A stretch of 64,000 nt of DNA from Candidatus Hydrothermarchaeum profundi (GTDB lineage: Archaea > Hydrothermarchaeota > Hydrothermarchaeia > Hydrothermarchaeales > Hydrothermarchaeaceae), in NCBI GenBank assembly GCA_002011125.2, contig MTMF02000009.1, forward strand, positions 1,224,989 to 1,288,988, written 5' to 3'. Positions 1 to 10,492 of the stretch are shown one piece after another (within the stretch, counting starts at the first letter, position 1; each line of letters opens with the position of its first letter). A program made the position numbers and the translations under genes. The notes beneath the pieces were generated by a model that saw only the letters and a list, made by a program, of their open reading frames with translations, had not been told where the DNA came from and searched no databases.

Positions 1-160
1 TAAAGTATTCAAAGTATTTGAAGACCCTACTATGGCAAAAAAAATGGGGGAGATGGGCCATAGGCGAGTTCTCAGGTTGTTCTCGCTAGAAAAAATGATA
101 AATGAAACAATTAGGGTATATCAGGATGCGATCACTATATTTAAAGGGAATTTAAGATGA
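1..160 (+). CDS. C-terminal fragment of a GT4 glycosyltransferase (truncated by window edge)
   Basis: Frame 2 reads KVFEDPTMAKKMGEMGHRRVLRLFSLEKMINETIRVYQD..LR*, a typical GT-B/GT4 C-terminus; TGA at 158-160 overlaps the next ATG (ATGA). Confidence 0.75.
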   Translation, partial: KVFKVFEDPTMAKKMGEMGHRRVLRLFSLEKMINETIRVYQDAITIFKGNLR

Positions 161-1734
161 AACAGAATAATTTTCTCTTATTTCTTCTACTTCTAGCTTC
201 TATTATCTATATTATTTATTACCCCCGTCATAGTATTTTTCCCGATGAGTCAAAATATCTCCTGCTTGGAAAAGAAATCACGGATGGCGAATATTCCGAA
301 GATTTTTTTCATAGAATGCCATTGATACCATTATCAGAGGCTTTTTTTTACATTCTAGGATTAAATGTTGATGCAATAAAATTTCTGATACCCTTAATCT
401 TCATATACTTAGCTATACTAACCACTTACCTTCTTGCAAAAGAAATATGTGATAAAAATGTCGCCCAGATATCAGCCATTATATTGGTAGTTTTCCCATT
501 CTTCTGGAGATGGGGAACTAAAGTACTGGCGGATATTCCTTTATTAGTTATAACAAATTCTCTTCTTTACTTTTTTATTAGGATTAGGGAAAACAATAGA
601 TTTTTTTTGCATTTCGGCATTGTGATGGGATTAGGATCTATTACGAAACTCTCTTTTTTCATTTTACCTCTTCTACTCTATTCTTACATTTTTATGAGGA
701 GGAGAGACCTACTTAAAGCAAGAGAATTTTGGATAGGATCTGGGTTTGCGATTTTAATATTCCTTTTTTCTTATATGTTCATACATTTTATTACAGTAGA
801 AATTGAAACGTCGCAATTTAATAAAATTGGAGAACACTTAATAGATCCAAAACAAAATGTAATTTTTCAAATAATAACGGGAAGATTTTCAAGTGCTAAA
901 TATCTCGCTAAGTTAATCTTATTCCCTTTGATTATCTTCACCCCTTTTGGCATCTTCGCATTATACAAAAAGGGGGAGAAATTGCTGATTTTTTATTTCT
1001 TCCTTTTTATTGCTCTATTTTTTTTAATTTGGCATATAAGGATAAGAACATTTTCTCCTCTGTATTCCCTCTTCTCTCTATTTGTAGCCCAGGGATATTT
1101 TGAACTAAAGAAAAAACATTTCATAAAAATTCTTTTTATTATCCTAGCAGTAATTTCTTTTTTGGATGCAATCTTTCTCTTAAACTTGGACTCTGAGTCG
1201 AGGTGGGGCGCTGATATACTTGCGAAAGAAATAACTCATCTTGACGGTAATATAGCTAGTGAGTATCTTCCGGATTATCTCAAGGCAAAAACATCGAAGG
1301 AAGTCATCCCCTTTAAAATATACTATGAGGTAGATGGTGAACGTATACCACGAGAAGAAGTTCAGTCTGGTTTTAAGAATGCGAGCCATCCTAGGCATGA
1401 AGAGTTTAGGAGGATATACAATAACCCGGAATACAAGCGGTATCCTTATTTAGAAGACGAGTGGGTTAGAGAAAATGGCGTCGATTATATAGTCCTCTCA
1501 ATTTACGAGGAATGGGAGAGAGAACCTACGGGTGATCATTTCCATCCAAAACTTGGACCCTTTGAGATAAAATTTGTTAAGCGGCCATATAGCAATGGAA
1601 GAGTTCCACCAGATTACGATTTTAGATCTGAATTATATTATAGGCTTGAAGACAGCGAGAAGTATGAAAAAATTGGAGAGGTATATAGAGGAAGCCAGAG
1701 GATTTTCATCATTTACGAGGTGACTTCTCGATAA
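157..1734 (+). CDS. GT-C (ArnT/PMT-like) membrane glycosyltransferase
   Basis: PDE motif after TM1 (FPDESKY), many TM helices, LADIP and TKLS motifs, soluble C-terminal domain. Confidence 0.8.
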   Translation: MKQNNFLLFLLLLASIIYIIYYPRHSIFPDESKYLLLGKEITDGEYSEDFFHRMPLIPLSEAFFYILGLNVDAIKFLIPLIFIYLAILTTYLLAKEICDKNVAQISAIILVVFPFFWRWGTKVLADIPLLVITNSLLYFFIRIRENNRFFLHFGIVMGLGSITKLSFFILPLLLYSYIFMRRRDLLKAREFWIGSGFAILIFLFSYMFIHFITVEIETSQFNKIGEHLIDPKQNVIFQIITGRFSSAKYLAKLILFPLIIFTPFGIFALYKKGEKLLIFYFFLFIALFFLIWHIRIRTFSPLYSLFSLFVAQGYFELKKKHFIKILFIILAVISFLDAIFLLNLDSESRWGADILAKEITHLDGNIASEYLPDYLKAKTSKEVIPFKIYYEVDGERIPREEVQSGFKNASHPRHEEFRRIYNNPEYKRYPYLEDEWVRENGVDYIVLSIYEEWEREPTGDHFHPKLGPFEIKFVKRPYSNGRVPPDYDFRSELYYRLEDSEKYEKIGEVYRGSQRIFIIYEVTSR

Positions 1735-2768
1735 GCCTTTTCGACCTTTTCTATGAAAGCTTCCCATGAATATTTTTTTATTTCTCTTAAACAATTCTTC
1801 CTCATAATCTCTCTCAGCTTTTCGTCCTTTAGCAATATTTCGATATATCTCGCTAGGTTATCCACATCTCTAGGGTCTACAATAAACCCCGTTTCCTCGT
1901 GCTTTATTATTTCAGGTATACCTCCTACTCTGGTTGATATAACTGGTAAACCATAGCTCATGGCTTCTAAGATGACATTAGGCATGCTCTCTACTAGCGA
2001 TGGTAGAACTAGTAGTTTTCCTTGTTTGTAATACTTTGGCATATACTCTGGCAGGACTCTCCCAACAAACTTCACGTTATGCCCCTTGCTCATTCTCTCC
2101 AAGCTTTTTCTCTCAGGTCCGTCTCCTATAATCAGTGTTTCGGGGTGATTTGGAATTCTCTTGAGAGCTTCAATAAGATATCTCACCCCCTTACTCTTAA
2201 CGAGCCTCCCGACATAGAGTATCTTATTACCATTGGAGACTTCTTCTGGAAACTCAATAGCATTGGGTATAACTTTTATTTTTAACCGTGGGAATTCTTT
2301 TAATATCTGTGCCCTTATGGACTCTGCTTGGGTTAAGACTAAATCCGAATTTTTGATGGCGAAGGAGGATAAAAACCTATTCAAGACTCCTGTGCTTTCG
2401 ATTCTAAAATCGGTTCTAACCCAGGTTATACATGGTATACTAAAGCATTTTTTAGCTAATGCGCCTATTACCCCATTTGGTAGGATAATCATGCACTGAA
2501 GTAAATCTATGTTTTTCTTTTCCCTTTTAATCTCTAAAAGAGCAGATGCTATATGAGTTATAAGCCTTAGAACCGGTATGTCCAAATACCATAGCCTCTT
2601 TACTCTGAAACCTTCTATATACTCTTCTCTCTTTCGATTTTGAACTCTCCTAGTGAGAATAATTACTTCATGACTCTTAGCTAAATGTCGAGCCATATGG
2701 TAAGACTGGGTCTCAGTACCTCCCACAGAGTCAGGTGGGAACTCAGAGACTAAAATTGCTATCTTCAT
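1713..2768 (-). CDS. GT4 glycosyltransferase
   Basis: FPPDSVGGTE, YVGRLVKSKG, PSLVESMPNVILEAMSYG; likely start ATG 2768 (MKIAIL). Confidence 0.92.
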   Translation of the reverse strand: MKIAILVSEFPPDSVGGTETQSYHMARHLAKSHEVIILTRRVQNRKREEYIEGFRVKRLWYLDIPVLRLITHIASALLEIKREKKNIDLLQCMIILPNGVIGALAKKCFSIPCITWVRTDFRIESTGVLNRFLSSFAIKNSDLVLTQAESIRAQILKEFPRLKIKVIPNAIEFPEEVSNGNKILYVGRLVKSKGVRYLIEALKRIPNHPETLIIGDGPERKSLERMSKGHNVKFVGRVLPEYMPKYYKQGKLLVLPSLVESMPNVILEAMSYGLPVISTRVGGIPEIIKHEETGFIVDPRDVDNLARYIEILLKDEKLREIMRKNCLREIKKYSWEAFIEKVEKAYREVTS

Positions 2769-2832
2769 GGATTCCACCGTAATTTTTTATAAAGGTAAAG
2801 GCTCTACCATAATAAAACTAGTGGGTGCTATT

Positions 2833-4533
2833 GTGGAAGTCATTATCGGAGCAAAATGCGTTGGTCACGACTCTTCAATTTTTATTCTTAGAGAAGGTGA
2901 GAAACCTTTTGGCTTGGATAGAGAAAGGCTGACTAGGCATAAGCATGATGTTGGATTTCCCTTTGAGCCTCTAGAGTATGCTTCAGGTATTTTGAAGGAC
3001 TCAAAAGTGTTCTTCTCATTGTCTGACAACACATACTCATTTGCTACCTACAAATTTGGATCTAATAGGAATATCCATTCTTCTGATTTATTAAAAAATG
3101 AAGGAGGCACATATCGCTCTGGCAATCCAATAATCAAAAAGATCAGAAGCCTACCAGTATTAAGAACGCTAAACAAATTAGCAATAGAAAAAATTCTTAG
3201 GGATAATTTGAAGGCTGTGGGATTGGATTCCGAAATTTCGATAAAAATGAGGGACCACCACTTATGCCATGCGGCCTCTGCCTTCTATTTTTCAGGGTTG
3301 AACAAAGCCACGGTAATCACAATAGACGGTGAAGGAGATGGCTACTCTTCCAAGGTCTATATTGGAAGAAAAGGAGAACTGGAATACATCGATGGAACAG
3401 ACTTACACAACTCTATCGGCCATATATACGGATCCTTCACTGAAGCTATGGGGTTGGTAAGAGATAGCGATGAGGGTAAAGTAGAGGCATTGGCTGACTT
3501 CGGGGACCAAGATACAGAGTTGTATCACAAACTCAAACGGAAGGTGAGGGTAAAAGGGCTGAAGATAGAAGTAGACCCTTCCCTAGATTATAAGCGGCAG
3601 GGGATGGGCGTTTTTAGGGGCCTTGTAAGAAAATATGGAGATAAAGATTGTGCAGCAGCCGTTCAAAGGGTTTTGAATGAGGTTGGTGTTGACTTGGTCA
3701 CTAATGCTATCGATGAGCTGGGCTTAAAGGACTTTGCCTTCGCGGGAGGATGCTTCGCTAATGTGAAGATGAATCTCAGGATTTTCGAGGAAACGGACCT
3801 TAGAAGCATGTATGTTTTTCCAGCCATGGGAGATTCTGGTCTTGGTGCAGGGGCTGCTATCATGACGGCACGAGAATTGGGATGGAATACAGATCAATTC
3901 AGGCATCATATGCCGTACTTTGGTCCAGAATACTCCAGGGAAGAAGCTGAGCGAGCGATAAAGAAGTACGGTGAGAAGGTGGAATACGAGTACGAAGAAG
4001 ACTGGCCGGAGAGGGTGGCTGAACTTGTATCCGAAGGAGAGATCGTTGGAATATTCCAAGGAGAAATGGAATATGGTCCGAGAGCATTGGGGAACCGAAG
4101 CGTATTAGCAGACCCTAGGAGACCCCAAGTCAAGGACATTATCAATAGCACCATCAAAAGGAGGAAACCCTACCAACCATTCTGCCCTTCTGTACTTGAA
4201 TCTGAAAGAAAAAGACTATTCGAAAACAGTTACCTTAACAAGCACATGACCTGCGCATTTAGGATGAAAGAAGAATTCAAGAGTGAGCTACCTAGTGCAA
4301 TACACGTCGACGGTACGGCTAGACCCCAGTTTGTCGAAGAGAGAGATAATCCATCGTATTACAGGTTGATCAAAACTTTTAAAGAGTTGACAGGGTATGG
4401 ATTGGTTGTTAACACTTCCTTCAATCTTCATGGAAGGGCGATGGTAATGTCTCCTGACCAAGCGATGCAGGACTTCATGGACTGCGGCCTAGATTATGTA
4501 GTGATTGAGGGATGGATGGTACGGAGAACGTGA
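2833..4533 (+). CDS. NodU/CmcH-family O-carbamoyltransferase
   Basis: GHDSS, ERLTRHKH, HHLCHAASAF, IDGEGD, EYGPRALGNRS, HVDGTARPQ, NTSFNLHG; likely start GTG 2833 after a GGGTG SD. Confidence 0.92.
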   Translation: MEVIIGAKCVGHDSSIFILREGEKPFGLDRERLTRHKHDVGFPFEPLEYASGILKDSKVFFSLSDNTYSFATYKFGSNRNIHSSDLLKNEGGTYRSGNPIIKKIRSLPVLRTLNKLAIEKILRDNLKAVGLDSEISIKMRDHHLCHAASAFYFSGLNKATVITIDGEGDGYSSKVYIGRKGELEYIDGTDLHNSIGHIYGSFTEAMGLVRDSDEGKVEALADFGDQDTELYHKLKRKVRVKGLKIEVDPSLDYKRQGMGVFRGLVRKYGDKDCAAAVQRVLNEVGVDLVTNAIDELGLKDFAFAGGCFANVKMNLRIFEETDLRSMYVFPAMGDSGLGAGAAIMTARELGWNTDQFRHHMPYFGPEYSREEAERAIKKYGEKVEYEYEEDWPERVAELVSEGEIVGIFQGEMEYGPRALGNRSVLADPRRPQVKDIINSTIKRRKPYQPFCPSVLESERKRLFENSYLNKHMTCAFRMKEEFKSELPSAIHVDGTARPQFVEERDNPSYYRLIKTFKELTGYGLVVNTSFNLHGRAMVMSPDQAMQDFMDCGLDYVVIEGWMVRRT

Positions 4534-4561
4534 TTATCAGGCGTTGAACTGTCTTAAGACT

Positions 4562-5164
4562 CTAATTTTTGTTTTTATTTGTCATCCGAGCAGCAAACAA
4601 CATGCCATCTGAAAAAGCTTCTCTAAACCTAAGTAGATTTTTTATTAAATATCTTCTTTTCCAAGTTGATGTGGTATCGGCATAGTAGTAGAATTCAACA
4701 ACTTTGAAGCCATGCCTTTCAAGTAAGTTCTTCAACGTAAAATAGTCATAATAGCATGTATGTTCAGGATTTGGTTTTGAGAAACCTCTGATAATGATAT
4801 CTAAGAATCGTCTAAATGCAAAAGTGTTTGGGGTTGTTAAGATGAGTACCCCGTTTTCTTTTAAATGTTCTCTTACTCTTTGGAGGAACTCGCCTTGATT
4901 TGACAGGTGCTCGATGATCTCGCCTGCTATAATTACGTCAAATTTTTTGTTTAGCTCCATTGTTTCAACGTTTCCAACGATCACGCCCGGTAAACTACTC
5001 TTTTTAATGTCTATACCAACAAGGCTCCTTGCATGTTTTGAAATAAATGTGTATAAATGGGTTTTTTGTAAATCCTGTCCCACGGAACCGCAGTCTAACA
5101 CTTCTTTCCCTGAAACGTATTTCCTAATTATTTCGAGTCTGTCTTCGAGAACTTTCCTTTTCAT
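4562..5164 (-). CDS. Class I SAM-dependent methyltransferase (glycan-locus type)
   Basis: VLDCGS, FDVIIAGEIIEHL, LILTTPN. Confidence 0.88.
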   Translation of the reverse strand: MKRKVLEDRLEIIRKYVSGKEVLDCGSVGQDLQKTHLYTFISKHARSLVGIDIKKSSLPGVIVGNVETMELNKKFDVIIAGEIIEHLSNQGEFLQRVREHLKENGVLILTTPNTFAFRRFLDIIIRGFSKPNPEHTCYYDYFTLKNLLERHGFKVVEFYYYADTTSTWKRRYLIKNLLRFREAFSDGMLFAARMTNKNKN

Positions 5165-5546
5165 TTTTTAACAGAAACTGAAATTCGCTATGGTTGTTAA
5201 CATTTTAATGTCTCTATATAAAAATCCTACTTTATCCTATTAGGAGTAATACTTTCTTCCTTTTTATTTTGTTATGTAAAGATTAATTTAACGCATATAT
5301 TAATCCTAAGATGGGAAGTGATTTATAAAAGCCGTAATTTGCAGGTATTTCAAAAAGATTTCAGTTAAAGTGCACATAGGAAGAGGTTCCCAGGTGATGA
5401 TTGAATCTAAGTTGAGTAATTTAAAAGGAACTAAATGCTATAAGGTATTAGATTCTCCGAAAATATTAGATTCTTAGAAAAAAGAATACTTCCAGGGAGT
5501 TTACCTCTCAAATTTTAATTTTTGGGTCCCTATTATGACTTAAAAA

Positions 5547-6878
5547 TCAGAGTTGCTCGTAAATGAATCCTTCTTCAATTGCATCTTTATGGTTAAACAT
5601 ACCTTTTATGTCGATCAACACAGGCAATGGGTTCATCTCTTTCTTAATTTCCTTTAATGATAACATTCTAAATTCATCATGCGGGCTAAATACAATTATC
5701 CCATCAATTTCATTAAAGGATAAGTTATCTTGTATGGGAATCTCAAAATAATTTTCTGCCTCCTTTTTATGGACCTTAGGGTCATAACCAATAATTTCAA
5801 CACCATACTCCTTGAGTTCATCTATAATCTCCTTTGCTTTTGATGTTCTTATATCTGAAACGTTCTCCTTGAAGGCAAGACCCAGAATTAGAACTTTTGA
5901 TTTTCTCAGAATCTTCCCAGCTCTATTTAAAGCTTTTATGGTTAGCTCAGCTACATATTTAGGCATATAATTATTAATCTTTCTTCCAGCCAAAATTACC
6001 TGAGGCTCATAGCCTATTTCAATGGCTTTATAGACAAGATAATATGGGTCTACAGGTATGCAATGTCCACCAACTAGGCCTGGATAGTATTTCCCGAAAT
6101 TCCATTTAGTAAATGCGGCCTCTAGCACATCTTTTGTCTTAATTCCCATTTTTCTGAAAATTATTGAAAGTTCATTCATCAGTGCGATATTCAAATCTCT
6201 TTGAATATTTTCAATAACCTTTGCTGCCTCTGCAGTTTTTATATTTTTTGCTACAAATATATTGGAATCTAAGATCTTACCATAAAGTTTTAGTAAAATT
6301 TCCGTAGTTTCTTTTGTGTCTCCGCTCACCACCTTTGTTATAGTCTTCAAAGTGTGTTCTTTATCTCCTGGATTGATTCTCTCTGGAGAATACCCAACCC
6401 AAAATTCTGATTTATATTTCATGCCAGAAGTTCTCTCGATAATAGGTACCATAAACTCCTCAGTTACTCCAGGGTATACTGTTGACTCTAAAACCACTAT
6501 CACTTCTTTTTTAAGATTCCTTCCAATTGTTTTGGAAACACTTTTCAGCAGTCTTAAATCTGGCTGAAAATTCTTTGTAACTGGAGTTGGAACGCAGATT
6601 ATTATTATATCTGCTTCTCTTATTATTCCTTCATCATCAGTAAAAATAATATCGCTGTTATTTAACACTTCTTTTAACTTATTATTTCCTACTTCTGAAG
6701 TATAATCAATACCTCTAATTAAAAGATTAATTTTTTGCCTGTTAATATCAAAACCTCTAACTTTAAAGCCTTTAAAAGCAAATTCCACAGCAAGTTGCAA
6801 ACCTACATAACCCAGTCCAATTATGCAAATTGTAGCTTCACACTTTTCCACTTTTTTCTTAAGCTCGTTCATCATCAA
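5547..6878 (-). CDS. UDP-N-acetylhexosamine 6-dehydrogenase (WbpO/TviB/WbpA-like)
   Basis: GLGYVG, ICVPTP, ESTVYPG, SPERINPG, ENIQRDLNIALMNE, GGHCIPVDP, FKENVSDIR. Confidence 0.92.
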   Translation of the reverse strand: MMMNELKKKVEKCEATICIIGLGYVGLQLAVEFAFKGFKVRGFDINRQKINLLIRGIDYTSEVGNNKLKEVLNNSDIIFTDDEGIIREADIIIICVPTPVTKNFQPDLRLLKSVSKTIGRNLKKEVIVVLESTVYPGVTEEFMVPIIERTSGMKYKSEFWVGYSPERINPGDKEHTLKTITKVVSGDTKETTEILLKLYGKILDSNIFVAKNIKTAEAAKVIENIQRDLNIALMNELSIIFRKMGIKTKDVLEAAFTKWNFGKYYPGLVGGHCIPVDPYYLVYKAIEIGYEPQVILAGRKINNYMPKYVAELTIKALNRAGKILRKSKVLILGLAFKENVSDIRTSKAKEIIDELKEYGVEIIGYDPKVHKKEAENYFEIPIQDNLSFNEIDGIIVFSPHDEFRMLSLKEIKKEMNPLPVLIDIKGMFNHKDAIEEGFIYEQL

Positions 6879-7797
6879 CCAGCCACTTTGTTGTTTTTCT
6901 CAAGCCGTCTTCTAACGGGTATTTAACCCTATACCCAAGCAGTTTTTTAGACTTGGAGATATCTGCAAGAGAGTGGCGGATATCCCCTTTTCTTGGTATT
7001 CCGTAAATTGGTTTAATATTCTTTCCTAGAATTTTATTCATTAATTCGACAAGTTCGTTCAGAGATACTGATCTACCGCAGGCGATATTGAAAATTTTCC
7101 CGCCTATATTTTTTTTCTTAAGTGCAAGAATATTCGCTTCAACCACATTTTTAATATACGTGAAATCTCTGCTTTGTTTACCATCACCATAAATTTCAGG
7201 AGCCTTGTTGTGTATCATTAATTTAAGGAACTTGGGTATTACTGCAGCATACGGTGAATTAGGGTCTTGTCTCGGACCAAAGACATTGAAATATCTCAAT
7301 ATAATAGTTTCGAGTCCATAGACTTCATAAAAAACTTTCGCATAGTACTCGCCCGTTAGCTTGGATACTGCATAAGGAGATAATGGCATAGGGTTCATCT
7401 CTTCATGCTGAGGTAATGGGTTTAATCCATAAATAGATGATGAGGACGCATAAGCAACTTTCTCTACATTTTCTTCTTTGGCTGCGATTAACACATTTAG
7501 TGTTCCTTTAACATTAATATCATTCGTAGTAACCGGGTCTTGCAAAGATCTAGGTACTGAAGGCAATGCAGCTTGATGTAAGATGTAGTCTACCCCTTTT
7601 ACGACTTCTTTCACAAAATTTAAATCCAATATGTCTCCTTCGTATATCTCTATTTCTGTCTCTATCTCTCGCAGATTTTCTCTTTTTCCTGTAAAGAAGT
7701 TATCAAGTATGGCAACTTCATAGCCTCTTCTAAGTAGCTCTATACACAAGTTGGAACCTATAAATCCAGCGCCTCCAGTAACGAGAACTTTGCTCAC
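6859..7797 (-). CDS. NAD-dependent UDP-HexNAc 4-epimerase (WbpP/TviC-like SDR)
   Basis: TGGAGFIGS, HQAALPSVPRS, YAVSK, RYFNVFGPRQDP; GTG start. Confidence 0.9.
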   Translation of the reverse strand: MSKVLVTGGAGFIGSNLCIELLRRGYEVAILDNFFTGKRENLREIETEIEIYEGDILDLNFVKEVVKGVDYILHQAALPSVPRSLQDPVTTNDINVKGTLNVLIAAKEENVEKVAYASSSSIYGLNPLPQHEEMNPMPLSPYAVSKLTGEYYAKVFYEVYGLETIILRYFNVFGPRQDPNSPYAAVIPKFLKLMIHNKAPEIYGDGKQSRDFTYIKNVVEANILALKKKNIGGKIFNIACGRSVSLNELVELMNKILGKNIKPIYGIPRKGDIRHSLADISKSKKLLGYRVKYPLEDGLRKTTKWLVDDERA

Positions 7798-8072
7798 TTT
7801 TTTCCCTTCTAACTTTTTACGCTTATTATTTTTATTGGATACAGATTTCCAAACAAGTTATGGAACTTCTTATCTCCATTACTTGATTCCAAGTATACCC
7901 TAACTTTTGGATTTTTATTTCTATTGCCTTGTTCATATATAGTAAAAATTTCACTCTTGGGATTTTCAATTTATCTTTTTCCCGCTTATTTATGGGTATC
8001 GACTTTGATCTTATCTAACTGTATTATTTTCTTATAAATGAGAAGTTAAAAAAATCTTCTATTGAACAAAAG

Positions 8073-9368
8073 TCACTCTCTGAATAGCTCTTCCTTAATT
8101 TTTTTGAATAAAAATATTGTACCTATAAGATATGAAAATATTAGTGAAATAACCGCACCATAGATGCCAAAATGCTGTACGAGGTAAAAAGAAAGTATTA
8201 TCATTATAGTTGATATAATTAATATAGTCATGGTAAATATTTTAGCGCCATTCTCTCCTATGGAAACTGCAAACCATGTTAAGAGTGAATAGACAAAAAA
8301 TTGCAATGAACCATAAACAAATAATATTAGCAAAAGAAACTTTAAAGGATATCCCGGACCGTATAGTTTCAAAATCACGAATGATATCAATAGAAGAGCA
8401 GGGAAAAGTGCTGGAGATTTTAATAAGAACATTTTCACCTTTAAAAAAAACTCTTTTTTGTCATGGTGTCGTGATGCTTCTGGGAAAAAAACCATAGATA
8501 TCGTCGTCACGAAAAACCCTACTAAGCTGAAAGTTGAGAAATAATAAGCTTGATAAATCCCGACATCCTCTAGAGACATGAAAAAATTGATGAGTATCTT
8601 GTTGATGTTCTCCGTCACCGATACAGAAAATATACCCAAAACAATGAAAGACGAGAATCTCAGCAAGCTCTTGACATAATCCCTACTAAAAGAAATAATA
8701 AGGTTTTTCCTGAACTCTGGTATTATAATACTGGCAGACAAGACATAGCCGATAATGAAGGCATATACGGGGGGTCTAGCCCCCTGAAAGTGGTCTATGA
8801 AAATGACTACGAAGATGGCAGTTGAGATACCCCATAAGACGTTTATAGCGCTTAATTTTCTCATTTCATTGAGCCCCTGAGATATTTTCTGACTTAAAAC
8901 CCAAAATGTGTAGGCAATAGCCATTACGATCGCCGCATGAAAATAGCGGGGGGAGATTGAGATTAAATTTGCAAAAAAGCCCGCAGTAGAATAGAAAATA
9001 ATAGAAAAAAAGGAAGTAAATAATAAAATGGAAAAGATCCCTGAAGAAAAAATCTTCTTTCTCTCGATATCATTTTCCTCTGGCGCCAAGTATCTAACCA
9101 TAGCTGTCCCAATACCAAATAACATAGGGACGTACAGTAAGTGAGAGACTGATATAATAAGGGCAAATTTCCCATACTCGTCTGCCCCTAGAGACCGGCC
9201 AATATAGACTTGAATGAAAACCGAAAAAAACTTAGATAAAGATAGGGCGGTGAAAACGAAGGTAAGATCCTTCAAAAAATTTTTCGCTCGAGTTCCTGGA
9301 GTACCTCCAAATATTTTCGAGTAAACCCAAAAAATGAATCCTGCAATTACTTCTTTGATCTTGTCCAT
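8073..9368 (-). CDS. Wzx/MOP-family oligosaccharide flippase
   Basis: About 12 TM helices, RSLGADEYG, VGIYQAYY, FGIYGA; likely start ATG 9368. Confidence 0.85.
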   Translation of the reverse strand: MDKIKEVIAGFIFWVYSKIFGGTPGTRAKNFLKDLTFVFTALSLSKFFSVFIQVYIGRSLGADEYGKFALIISVSHLLYVPMLFGIGTAMVRYLAPEENDIERKKIFSSGIFSILLFTSFFSIIFYSTAGFFANLISISPRYFHAAIVMAIAYTFWVLSQKISQGLNEMRKLSAINVLWGISTAIFVVIFIDHFQGARPPVYAFIIGYVLSASIIIPEFRKNLIISFSRDYVKSLLRFSSFIVLGIFSVSVTENINKILINFFMSLEDVGIYQAYYFSTFSLVGFFVTTISMVFFPEASRHHDKKEFFLKVKMFLLKSPALFPALLLISFVILKLYGPGYPLKFLLLILFVYGSLQFFVYSLLTWFAVSIGENGAKIFTMTILIISTIMIILSFYLVQHFGIYGAVISLIFSYLIGTIFLFKKIKEELFRE

Positions 9369-9421
9369 TGCGTGTATTCTTTTCAATAATATTTAAAAAT
9401 CTAACCTGCTCATCTTGCTAT

Positions 9422-10492
9422 ATGAAATTGGCCATCCTCACTTCTCGATTTCCTCTTAAGGATATTGGAGGGGCAGAGCTCGCGGCTCATTATATTGGAA
9501 AATATGCTTCCATAGAGAACGAGGTATTCATATTAACCAGAAGGCAATTGAAGCCATTAAGAGACGGCTATAGGGTTAGGATGGTAAGATATATCGGAGT
9601 CCCAGCAATCATGAGGTATATATCCACGGTCGTAACTCTTACCATTGAAACAGTGAGGATTAAACCTCAAGCCATCTTCGCTGAGATGTTATACTCTGCC
9701 GGTATGGCGGCAGTGCTATCAGGAAAATTGCTAAGAGTACCAGTTTTTATTCACCCAGGTGGCGAAATTTACTGGACAAGTAAATGGAATTTTTTTGTAC
9801 GATATGTTTTAACCAATGCCACCTTAGTTCTAGCTTTGACCGAGCATATGAAAAAAGAAATTCTAAGATTTGCTCCCCATGCCAACGTAGAAGTATTGCC
9901 AAACGGTGTCGACTTAAAAACCATAGAGATTATTGAAGGTGCAACCGTAAAGCACCCTTGCATACTTTACGCCGGTAGGATGGAAAAAATAAAGGGAGTA
10001 GAGTACCTCATAGGCGCATTTTCAGCTGTAAAGGAGAAAATACCCACTGCGCACCTCTATATAATAGGCTCCGGCCTACTGGAAAGAAACCTCAAGAAGC
10101 TGGCAGATAGGCAAGGTATAGCCAATGTTCATTTTCTAGGCATGCTAGAAAACAGGTTAGTACTCTCATATATGAAATCCTGCGATGTCTTCGTCTTACC
10201 TAGTCTGACTGAGGGATTCCCCTTGGTTTTGGTTGAAGCTATGGCATGTGGAGCTCCTATTGTGGCTACGAATGTAAAAGGTATAAATGAAATTATCGAA
10301 GATGGGAAAAATGGCTTCCTCGTTGGGGCCAAGGATGAAGATGCATTAGCGTCAAAAATAATCACTATATTAACCGATAGCAATCTGAAAAAAGATATTT
10401 CTAAGAACAACGTTGAAAAATCTAGAGAATATGATTGGAAGACAATAACAAAGAAACTAATGGAGAAATTTTCGGAATATGCGACTAAGTAA
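9422..10492 (+). CDS. GT4 glycosyltransferase
   Basis: GGAE, PNGVD, YAGRMEKIKG, PSLTEGFPLVLVEAMACG; likely start ATG 9422. Confidence 0.92.
   Translation: MKLAILTSRFPLKDIGGAELAAHYIGKYASIENEVFILTRRQLKPLRDGYRVRMVRYIGVPAIMRYISTVVTLTIETVRIKPQAIFAEMLYSAGMAAVLSGKLLRVPVFIHPGGEIYWTSKWNFFVRYVLTNATLVLALTEHMKKEILRFAPHANVEVLPNGVDLKTIEIIEGATVKHPCILYAGRMEKIKGVEYLIGAFSAVKEKIPTAHLYIIGSGLLERNLKKLADRQGIANVHFLGMLENRLVLSYMKSCDVFVLPSLTEGFPLVLVEAMACGAPIVATNVKGINEIIEDGKNGFLVGAKDEDALASKIITILTDSNLKKDISKNNVEKSREYDWKTITKKLMEKFSEYATK

Noticed and set aside
2767-2832. Apparent head-to-head overlap of GT4 and carbamoyltransferase (similar cases at 9368-9421 and 31662-31751)
   Set aside because: Caused by longest-ORF start choice; downstream starts leave normal short divergent promoters
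5397-5477. 26-codon ORF with TATTAGATTCT direct repeat
   Set aside because: Too short, only two copies, AT-rich context; not CRISPR-like
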